In this document: positions 39,798 to 47,977 of the stretch, piece after piece | Numbering within the stretch: position 1 is the stretch's first letter | Layout: each line of letters begins with the position of its first letter | IMG/VR virus record: IMGVR_UViG_3300050821_003315 | DNA length: 64,000 bases | Direction: 5' to 3' (one strand) | From: a virus | Program-made: the position numbers and the translations under genes | The notes under the pieces: generated by a model | What the model was told of the DNA's origin: nothing | The model's database searches: none | The model's input: the letters and a program-made list of their open reading frames with translations, nothing else

Positions 39798-41999
39798 TTA
39801 TGCTGAGAGCAGCACGAAGTTAGGTGATATAGACGCCGAAATAGCAGGGGCTGTAGAGGGCAACGGCATCTGGCTAGCAGCCGCGAAGCAGTACGAGTCT
39901 CCATCCGGAGCTGTTGTCGCACTAGAAGCAAAGCCCTTGAAGGTCACTGAGTTATTGTCTGCCGCAATAGCAATCCACCAGCCAAGCCCCGGCGTGACCG
40001 TAGTGGTGAAATTGATTGTCTGCAAGCCCGTGCCTGGAGAGGCAACAGAACCCGTAGTAGCCATTTGAGTACCAGGCCCACCCGTAGAACTAGGTGCGTA
40101 CAGGGCAATGCAGATATTGCCTGAAGAGTTGGCGATGTTCACTGTAACATTAGGGGCTGGATTACCCCAGGTAATAAGCCTCGTGTAAACACCATCACCT
40201 GCACCTGGCAGCGCTACATTTGTTAGAGCGGCGTTCAGCACTGCCGGAGAGTAATTAAGGTTGTTAGAGTTACCCGACGTGCTGTCCAAAACAAGCGTGG
40301 TGCCTAGCGTGCCGTCTCCGACTGAGTTGTTAGAGTAAATATCTCCGTACAATCCATTCCAGTGGACAGTATTAGCGTTGGTGGCCGTCCCATTCATGTT
40401 AACGAATACATTACCTACGACAATATTGCGACTCCTATTTGCCGCATTAGTACCCGCATCATAGAACACGCCGGAACCTACATCGGTATTATTTTGCATG
40501 CTATTACCGACAATTATCGACCCTTGGCCTAGCGCCCAGATGCCGCCGCCCGTGTGATTAGTGCTAGTGCAGCCAATCATAATCATCCGGATGAAGTCAC
40601 CGGGAGTTCCAGAAACGAAGTCAGCAAAGTTACCACTAGAATCATGCCAGTTACAGCCGATTACGATAGCGTCTCCCGGCCCCGAACCTAGATTGTCATA
40701 GCCACCAAGCCCTGTGCTGTACTGGCCCATATTGACGAGTTCACAGCCTAGCAACCTGATACCTGTAGTCGCCTGGAAGCCGTAACCTGTAGGTCGGTAA
40801 AACTTACAGCGCATGAACGTATGATAGCGCCCTGAACGAACATTGTTTATAAGACCTGCACCTGTGTAAGCGCTAGTGCCAGGCCAAGGAAGTGAGACAA
40901 GTGCCCCTCCGGCCGCCACGTCAATATTAAGCGCCCCGCCTAGACCACTAGCGCAGTTACCGTCAAACGTTACATCTGAGAAATTAAACTGGCACACATT
41001 TACGTGAGTGGCTCCACGGCTATAGGACAGCATTCCATTAAAGATAAACTGAGAGCCTGCCACCAAGGATGTGCTGGACATGTCAGCGCCTTGGAACGTC
41101 ACCGTAGAACTCGGATAGCCTGTTGCTACTCCGCTCGTGAAGTTATAGTAAGCAGGGAATATACCTGCGGCAGCTATCAAGTAGCGCCCTGGCGGCAAGT
41201 AGACCGTCGCTCCATTACCGGGAGTGCCAGCACTAGCCAGCAGAGCATCATTAACAGCAGCCTGAATAGCGTTAACATCATCAGTACCATAACATACGCC
41301 CGCACCACTGACTGTATTCGTAGCAGCCGCTGTAAGCGTCACAGACGTAGAAGATACAAATGCCGCAATAGTAGTAGTTAGCGTAGTAAAGGTGCCTGAG
41401 GCCCCGGCTCCCGCCACGATAACAGTCTTACCGACATCCGCTGCGGTGAAACTGGCACTAGCACTAGTAAGGGTCTTACTACTTGCGGTGATAGCACCAT
41501 CGTTAACATTCTTAGCGTCACCCTTAGCTCCGTACGCAGTCTTCACGTTAAGGAATCCGGTGTTATTTCCCCAAGTCGTGTTAGACGTGCTGCCGGTGGC
41601 GATAGGCACCTGACCGACTGTAGCCGTGCCTCCAGGCAGAGGCAACGCAGTCAGCAAAGAGGGATTAGTAACTGAAGGGGCCAGTGACAGGAATTGCTGT
41701 GTAGCCCCGTTCGTGTAACCAATCTGGACGTGCTGGCTGTACAGCACAGTGGACCCGTTAGCGTCCTTGACGGTAAGTGTCCACTGAATGCCCGAGCCAT
41801 CTGGTGTAGGGTCGATAATCCCAGCAATAGACCAAAAACCAGACGAATTAGCCGTGGCTGAAAGCGTCTGCGGGTTTACAATCGTGTCATTAGGGATGTC
41901 GTAGTACCACGTAGTAGGCACCAGCGTGACCGTAACAACGTCACCACTGTTATTGGTGTAGATTACGTTACCTTGCAACGTAACGGTGTTATAAGTCAC
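39798..41999 (-). CDS. tail spike/depolymerase with beta-helix
   Basis: NVKTAYGAKGD, TDDVNAIQAAVN, VYLPPGRYLI; N-terminal anchor similar in style to 36808. Confidence 0.8.
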   Translation of the reverse strand: MTYNTVTLQGNVIYTNNSGDVVTVTLVPTTWYYDIPNDTIVNPQTLSATANSSGFWSIAGIIDPTPDGSGIQWTLTVKDANGSTVLYSQHVQIGYTNGATQQFLSLAPSVTNPSLLTALPLPGGTATVGQVPIATGSTSNTTWGNNTGFLNVKTAYGAKGDAKNVNDGAITASSKTLTSASASFTAADVGKTVIVAGAGASGTFTTLTTTIAAFVSSTSVTLTAAATNTVSGAGVCYGTDDVNAIQAAVNDALLASAGTPGNGATVYLPPGRYLIAAAGIFPAYYNFTSGVATGYPSSTVTFQGADMSSTSLVAGSQFIFNGMLSYSRGATHVNVCQFNFSDVTFDGNCASGLGGALNIDVAAGGALVSLPWPGTSAYTGAGLINNVRSGRYHTFMRCKFYRPTGYGFQATTGIRLLGCELVNMGQYSTGLGGYDNLGSGPGDAIVIGCNWHDSSGNFADFVSGTPGDFIRMIMIGCTSTNHTGGGIWALGQGSIIVGNSMQNNTDVGSGVFYDAGTNAANRSRNIVVGNVFVNMNGTATNANTVHWNGLYGDIYSNNSVGDGTLGTTLVLDSTSGNSNNLNYSPAVLNAALTNVALPGAGDGVYTRLITWGNPAPNVTVNIANSSGNICIALYAPSSTGGPGTQMATTGSVASPGTGLQTINFTTTVTPGLGWWIAIAADNNSVTFKGFASSATTAPDGDSYCFAAASQMPLPSTAPAISASISPNFVLLSA

Positions 42000-42032
42000 G
42001 ACAGCTCCTAAAAGGGTGTACTTTAGTACAGT

Positions 42033-42269
42033 CTAGCAGCCGTCCCTAGTTTCAACTGGAGCTACGCTAAACGGAACAAGGCCGCCCCTGGCAAAATAGG
42101 GAGACTCCTCGATTAGCACGATGAGTTCGATATCTGTAGCGCCCGCTAGTGGTGCCGTAGCTCCTACGACGCTAACAATTCGCTGGCTTTCATGCAATTC
42201 AACGCCGTCAACAGGAGATGCGCCTGGCTTAAGGTGCGGTAGCTTCACTGTCTTAACGAAGTACTTCAT
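42033..42269 (-). CDS. hypothetical protein
   Basis: GGAG SD. Confidence 0.55.
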   Translation of the reverse strand: MKYFVKTVKLPHLKPGASPVDGVELHESQRIVSVVGATAPLAGATDIELIVLIEESPYFARGGLVPFSVAPVETRDGC

Positions 42270-42271
42270 GA

Positions 42272-43246
42272 TTAAGATGCTCCCGTCGCGATGTTAAGAC
42301 CCTCGAACAGGTCGTGGTACTGGGCGGAAAGGCCGCCGTTTTCAAGGTTCAGGTTAACGAAGCAATTACCCGACACTACGTTGTAGGCCCGGTTAGCTGC
42401 GGCTGTGCCGCCATCATAGCCCACGTGGTCACCCATATAGGTGTTAGTCAGAGAATTACCAGTGATTACTGAGTGCTGTCCGCAGGCATAGATGCCGCCC
42501 GTAAGGTGATTGGAGCTATTGCAGCCTGTCATGACGAGCCGAATGAAATCACCCGGAGTGCCACTTACGAAGTCAGCGTAATTACCCTGTGAGTCCTTCC
42601 AGCTACACCCGATGACAAAAGCCTCACCCGCGCCTGAACCTAGACTGTCATAGGTAATCACTGTCTGACCAGGCTGGCCCATAGCCTCCAAATCACAGCC
42701 CAGCAGACGCACGCCTTGCGTAGGCTGGAAGCCGTAGCCGGTAGGTCGGTAGAAGCGACAGCGTGTGAAGGTGTGATAACGGCCATTACGAGTGTTCCCC
42801 GCCGCCATAGGATTACCCGGCCACGGCAAGGAGATAAGCGCCCCAGCACCTCCTGATGTAAGCATAGGCAGCGTACCGCCAGCGCCTTGGAAGTTACCAT
42901 CGAATGTAATGTCCTCAGCATTGAACTGAGACACAGGAACAGTCGTCGCATAACTGACCATGCCGCTGTACTGGAAATAGGCCCCTGCTACTAGTGAAGT
43001 ATTGCCAATACCCGCGCCCTTGAAGGTGACCGTCCCGCCTGCATTACCTGTCCAGACTCCGGTGGTGAAGTTGTAGATGGCAGGAACAACCGACCTGCTC
43101 TTGATTAGGTACTTACCTGTTGGAAAGTAAATCTCGGCGTCTGCACCCGGTACTGCCGTGAGGGCAGCGTTGATAGCCTTTTGAATAGGCACTGAGTTGT
43201 CTGTAACGCCGTCGCCAACGCCACCGTAAGTCAAGATATTGAGCAT
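42272..43246 (-). CDS. stand-alone beta-helix (pectate lyase 3-like) protein, paralog of the 39798 core
   Basis: NILTYGGVGDGVTDNS..IYFPTGKYLI; GRYHTF.RC.FYRPTGYGFQ shared with 39798. Confidence 0.8.
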   Translation of the reverse strand: MLNILTYGGVGDGVTDNSVPIQKAINAALTAVPGADAEIYFPTGKYLIKSRSVVPAIYNFTTGVWTGNAGGTVTFKGAGIGNTSLVAGAYFQYSGMVSYATTVPVSQFNAEDITFDGNFQGAGGTLPMLTSGGAGALISLPWPGNPMAAGNTRNGRYHTFTRCRFYRPTGYGFQPTQGVRLLGCDLEAMGQPGQTVITYDSLGSGAGEAFVIGCSWKDSQGNYADFVSGTPGDFIRLVMTGCNSSNHLTGGIYACGQHSVITGNSLTNTYMGDHVGYDGGTAAANRAYNVVSGNCFVNLNLENGGLSAQYHDLFEGLNIATGAS

Positions 43247-43267
43247 GGCACAAGCCTACCGTAACGC

Positions 43268-43295
43268 AAAAGGTCCCCGGAACACCGGGGACCTT
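43268..43295 (-). terminator. intrinsic terminator
   Basis: minus strand AAGGTCCCCGG-tgtt-CCGGGGACCTTTT. Confidence 0.8.
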
Positions 43296-43299
43296 CGCA

Positions 43300-43377
43300 C
43301 TATAGACGCCGGATGAAAAAGATGATTAGCAGGATGAGAGCGACAGCAACGAGCACTGCCAACCAGCCAGTAACCAT
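43300..43377 (-). CDS. 25-aa single-TM micropeptide
   Basis: AGGAGG SD; MVTGWLAVLVAVALILLIIFFIRRL. Confidence 0.65.
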   Translation of the reverse strand: MVTGWLAVLVAVALILLIIFFIRRL

Positions 43378-43388
43378 GTTCAACCTCC

Positions 43389-44165
43389 TTACGTGTAGGA
43401 CTTGCCTCCAAGAGCCTTGAAGTCAGCCACGAGCTGGGCAACAGAAACACCCGAAGCCTCAAGACCATTGGACTTTGCGAAGTCGGGGGTCACTACGACC
43501 CAAGCCTCTTCGCCATACTTCTCAAACCAACCCCAGGTCATGCGCTGAAGAGCGCCCCAGGTAACTACGCGAGCAAACTGGGGGTCCCACTCCTGCATGA
43601 CCACACAGTGACCGCCGATGATGGAGTTGTTAGCATTCGGGTCCACTGCCCACGGCTGGCCAGCAGAGAACTGGTCCTCAGCAGACTGCGGAACGTTAAT
43701 GCCTAGGTAAACAGAGCCGAACCAGCGAAGCGCCAGGCGCATGTCGGTAAGGCTACTGATGTTCACGGAAGCGAAAGCGGAAATCTTGTGTCCCGCCATG
43801 CCTGTGTCGTGCCAGTACTGGAGAACGTCTTGTTCTACCGCGCCGTTGTCGTTAGCGCCAGTGGACGGGTTGTAACCAGAGACGGCCTCGTAAACCTTGA
43901 GAACGTCATTGTCGGCAACAGTCTTCTCAGTGCTCGCAAATGCCGTGAACGCCTGAATAGCGTGACCAACGCCTGCACAAGTACAGTCGCCAATCTGGTC
44001 ATTGAGGTACATCGGCCAAGTGGGCACCTTGGATGCCCAGTCGATGGTGCCGGGCAGTGTTGCTACTGCCGCCGCACGAGCCTCGGCAGGAACGTAATCA
44101 GCCAGGTGGACTCGCGGGTGAGTTGTTTCGGGATGGGCCGGAAGCCGACCGTACTTTAGGCTCAC
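43389..44165 (-). CDS. papain-fold cysteine peptidase-like protein
   Basis: IDW, NDQIGDCTCAG (Cys), GGHCVV (His), VVTWG. Confidence 0.7.
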   Translation of the reverse strand: MSLKYGRLPAHPETTHPRVHLADYVPAEARAAAVATLPGTIDWASKVPTWPMYLNDQIGDCTCAGVGHAIQAFTAFASTEKTVADNDVLKVYEAVSGYNPSTGANDNGAVEQDVLQYWHDTGMAGHKISAFASVNISSLTDMRLALRWFGSVYLGINVPQSAEDQFSAGQPWAVDPNANNSIIGGHCVVMQEWDPQFARVVTWGALQRMTWGWFEKYGEEAWVVVTPDFAKSNGLEASGVSVAQLVADFKALGGKSYT

Positions 44166-44968
44166 TGCTTTTCCTTCCAGGAGTTTGTTGTCTCTTCTAC
44201 AGCATAGACGATATCCATGGATAGGTCATCTAGCCATTCCTCGGCGTCACCGATTGTTTCCGCTACGTAATCAAGTCCGTAACCGCCCCACCGGAATTCA
44301 CGTACTGCTTCACGAATTTTAACGAAAACTGCTTCCTTGAAATCAGTATCAGTACTCACGCCAAGCGAGGTTACCTCAGCCGCCGCAGTCCTGCGCACGC
44401 AGTCGTTGTTAAACCACACTAGGCGTCCCCATGCTCTTGGGCCTGCGGAACAACTGCCCCTTCTCTATTACGTCTACCTCACGGCAACCGTCTAGCTCGT
44501 CAGGGTAATTACCCGTAAGGAACAGGCGTGTCAACTGGTCAGAAGTAATCCGGGTCTTGAATATACGCTTGCCTTTTACGGTCTTCAGCAGGCTAACAGT
44601 AACGAACTCACTACCCAGTGCACCTAGCACGTGGGTCAGCAACTCGTCGTCCAGCCAGAAATAGTAAGAACTGTCGCTCATTATAGTCTCCCTGTAAATT
44701 TGAGGACTTATGAGCGACAGCTTACCACTTAAACCCATTCGTCAGGGTCCTCATCATTACACACAGGTACGGATGTGCGTGCAGTAACTGTCGCGCCGTG
44801 ATGGTCAAGCCTAACGTGGTTCATAATACCGTCTGCGGAAGTTATGAGAGTCTTGCCCCCATTAATCGCACAGTTAAGACACCAGCCCTCGCCCGCATCA
44901 GGCCCAACGTCCAATTTGCGCGCCAGCCACAGGCGAAACCTGATGTACAAACCATTAGGGTTATTCAT
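44162..44968 (-). CDS. three small hypothetical ORFs (44162-44419, 44409-~44681, 44729-44968)
   Basis: ORF track. Confidence 0.5.
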
Positions 44969-45108
44969 CGTCCCATCCCATCGCCTCTACGAACACTGCA
45001 TATACCTTAGCATGACACGCATCGCACGAGCCAGTGTAAGGATTCCACACGTCGTCACCGCAACTCTTACACGGCTCTGGCTTCCGGCTCCGCTCCGGCT
45101 TCTGGATT

Positions 45109-45648
45109 TTAGCCATCAGGAATTCCTTTCAGGACCAAAACACCGGGATTCTTATACTGGTCTCTAGTAGCCGTCCTTATTCTGTGACAATTAGCACAAA
45201 CTACCTCGCACTTAGCTATCTCAGTAAACAAAACTTTAAGCGATTGCATGTAAAGTTTACCTATGTCTCGATACTTAACTGTTCCCGGCAAATGGTCGAA
45301 TTCTAGAGCCGCTGGGTGCTTATCGTATCCGCAGTCAACACAACCAGACATAAGTTTTATGATATTTACCATATGTATTCGGCGTTGATATTTAGCGGTA
45401 GCGTATTCCTTCTCTCGATTACGCAAATCCGGATTAGCCATTCGCGCTTCGTACGTACTGCCATTCTTAATACTGTTGTAGGCTCTCTCAGCCTCCATAC
45501 TCTGTGGACTACTGTGAGCTTTTTTCTTGTGACCCGGTTTCCGGGCACACCAAGTGCGGGCTTTAGGCATCCATTCACCGCACTTATCTGCGAAAAAATC
45601 AGGAGCTGTCGGGCCAATAGGCGAAAGGCTTGTCAGGGTCGGCCCCAA
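45109..45648 (-). CDS. HNH-type homing endonuclease-like protein
   Basis: CVDCGY..ALEFDH..KCEVVCANCHRIRT; visibly AT-richer; abuts the polymerase 3' end. Confidence 0.8.
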   Translation of the reverse strand: MGPTLTSLSPIGPTAPDFFADKCGEWMPKARTWCARKPGHKKKAHSSPQSMEAERAYNSIKNGSTYEARMANPDLRNREKEYATAKYQRRIHMVNIIKLMSGCVDCGYDKHPAALEFDHLPGTVKYRDIGKLYMQSLKVLFTEIAKCEVVCANCHRIRTATRDQYKNPGVLVLKGIPDG

Positions 45649-47767
45649 TCTTTACGTAAAAGTCAGGTGTGCTAAGAACATCAGTCTCCATGCACTCTTT
45701 TAGGGTCTGAACTGCCTCGTCTGCCTCCTCCTGTTTTACGAAGCAAATTACCTCATCATGCACAGGTAGGATAGGATACTGCGCCCAGCGCGTCTTGTTC
45801 CACCGCAGGACACCATCTACCAGGAGTTCGCGAGCAGTGCCCTGGATAGCGTAATTACCGAAAGCATGCCCGCTGTTGATGTAGATATTGCGGCCTGAGT
45901 ATGTGCGATAGATACCGCGACGGCTGCCAGGTAGGTCGTTGCAGTAGTTCTGCCCGTTCTCGTAGTCCCGCCACACCATCTTGCCCTCGTAGAAGCACTT
46001 GCGCAACCACTTGTCCCACGCCGTGTACACAGGAGCAATCTTGGAGAACGCATCGTGTACTGCCTGAGACTCTTCAAGCGTAACGCCTGTCTGACGTGCG
46101 CCAGCAGCAGGCGAGCCACCGAACAGCTTGGAGAAGATGATGCGCTTGGCAACGTAACGGTTCTCCTTGGTAGCTCCTTCGCCCCACGCGATGTGAGCCG
46201 CCAGCCAGTGGAGTCCGGTGTGGTGCTTACCGCAAGTGCAAGGATTACCTTCGCACAGGTAGCACTTAGGCGAAATCTCAGCCTCTAGAACTTCCTTGTC
46301 TCCTGACAGGGCTGCCGCAACGCGGATTTCACACCCTTGGAAGTCAGCTGAGATGCCTAGGAACTCCTCGTCAGCACGCACGCACTGCCTGATGCCGCCC
46401 TGGCGAGAGAACTGCTGACCGTTGGGACGCACGCAGGATGTACGACCAGTGTCTGCGTTGATGGTGTACACCGTAGGTCGCATGCGACCATCACCGTAGT
46501 CACACAGGTTCTCCAATGGCCGCAGAAGAAGACCCAAGGTGGTCACAGCGTGCCTGTAGGCAAGGATTGCCTTGCACAGCACGTTACCTTCCTTGGCAGG
46601 GCGCTCTAGAGATGCTTTAGCTGCGGATGGCTTACCAGTCTTCTCACTTAGCTCCAGCTTGCCGTCAAGCTCAGGGAAAAGTTGCAACAACTTCTCGCCT
46701 GTATCCGGTGAAGACGGGTTCTCTATGAGTCCGCTTGACAAGTACTGAACGATAGCGAGAAGTTCTTCGCGCTCCTTTTCGTACTTAGCAATCATTGACT
46801 TAACGTGCTCAGTGTCTAGCTTGAACCCGGTCCAGGCAACGCGTGAGCAGATAGCCTCAAACTCTCGTTCACGGTCGAGCACACTGTTGTCCACCGGCAG
46901 CGATGGCAGCATGCGTAGCACTGCACCTAGGTCCAGTACGTCAGAACCTGCATAGACAATCATGGTCTCGCAGTTCTTGTTCACCATGTACCAGCCATTA
47001 CGCTCAACTGGAGTGGTGATTTCAGTACTGACCAGGCAACCCATTACCTTGAACAACGCGTTCTTGGCTTTCTCGGCCAGAGGCGCGGTGGCGTAGTGCG
47101 ACAGCAGGGCTGCGGCTAGCTCCTTAAGGCCCTCGGCATCGGACCCAGATTGCTTAGGGTCCGTCAGCTTGGCGTAGAGCACGGAATCGTGCATCTTGAC
47201 CCAAGCCTCGTCCCAGCCAATAAGGCCCGCGATAACGCAAGGCACCAGGTCAGCCACAGCACTGTGCGCATGAAGCTTGACAGACATCTTGAGCGCCAGG
47301 GACGCCAGGACCATCTGCTCTTCGTCATCAGCATCCAGTACTACGGCGTAATGCTCGCCGCCTAGCTGGACCGTACGAAGCGCGTAGTGCTCGTGCCCTG
47401 GCGGGTAACCAGAAGTCTCCACGTCCAGGCACAAAGCGCTCAGGTAGTCCTGAAGGACTTTCCAGGCAGTCGCGGTATCGACGGAGACCACTACGCCATC
47501 GCGGCCCACTACAGCAGGTAGCTGGTGCTTAGGCCCCTCGGCCTCTTCCAGCTTGGCCACTGCTAGCGCTAGCTTCTCACGAATCTTTACCTCGGCCTTT
47601 TCGGCCTTAAGCCTGGCGCTCTCGGCAGCACGCTCTTGCTTGCGGAATTCCATCTCTGCCTTGCGGGCAGCCGCAGCGGCCTCCCGCTCGGCTAGCTTCG
47701 CAGCAGCCTTGTCGGCCTTGATGCGAGCACGCTCCAGCTTTTCATCTTCACTCAGTCGGCTTGCCAC
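45599..47767 (-). CDS. polA: family A DNA polymerase (3'-5' exonuclease plus polymerase)
   Basis: ExoI LDVET, ExoIII YAGSD, TGRTS..PNGQQ, motif A DFQGCEIR, motif B RYVAKRIIF, NYAIQGTA, motif C VHDEV. Confidence 0.92.
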   Translation of the reverse strand: MASRLSEDEKLERARIKADKAAAKLAEREAAAAARKAEMEFRKQERAAESARLKAEKAEVKIREKLALAVAKLEEAEGPKHQLPAVVGRDGVVVSVDTATAWKVLQDYLSALCLDVETSGYPPGHEHYALRTVQLGGEHYAVVLDADDEEQMVLASLALKMSVKLHAHSAVADLVPCVIAGLIGWDEAWVKMHDSVLYAKLTDPKQSGSDAEGLKELAAALLSHYATAPLAEKAKNALFKVMGCLVSTEITTPVERNGWYMVNKNCETMIVYAGSDVLDLGAVLRMLPSLPVDNSVLDREREFEAICSRVAWTGFKLDTEHVKSMIAKYEKEREELLAIVQYLSSGLIENPSSPDTGEKLLQLFPELDGKLELSEKTGKPSAAKASLERPAKEGNVLCKAILAYRHAVTTLGLLLRPLENLCDYGDGRMRPTVYTINADTGRTSCVRPNGQQFSRQGGIRQCVRADEEFLGISADFQGCEIRVAAALSGDKEVLEAEISPKCYLCEGNPCTCGKHHTGLHWLAAHIAWGEGATKENRYVAKRIIFSKLFGGSPAAGARQTGVTLEESQAVHDAFSKIAPVYTAWDKWLRKCFYEGKMVWRDYENGQNYCNDLPGSRRGIYRTYSGRNIYINSGHAFGNYAIQGTARELLVDGVLRWNKTRWAQYPILPVHDEVICFVKQEEADEAVQTLKECMETDVLSTPDFYVKIGADPDKPFAYWPDSS

Positions 47768-47830
47768 TGGCTCAGCCTACCTCCAGTCTCCACTGCTTCG
47801 ACTCTCACCATCAGGTGTGTCTTTTCTTTT

Positions 47831-47975
47831 GGGTTGGGTCACCGTGTGTCGGGTCACTGGGTTGGGTCAGGGCTTCTATTTCATAGAAGGGCACCCATGA
47901 CCCACCCCACTGACCCAGTGACACTGAGGGTGATTATTGGGTCATGACCCAGTGACCCAACCCAGTGACCCAGTG
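47831..47975. repeat. iteron-like TGACCC cluster; candidate replication origin
   Basis: 9 TGACCC/GGGTCA copies; 19-bp perfect inverted repeat 47851-47869/47953-47971; palindrome 47938-47951. Confidence 0.7.
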
Positions 47976-47977
47976 CC

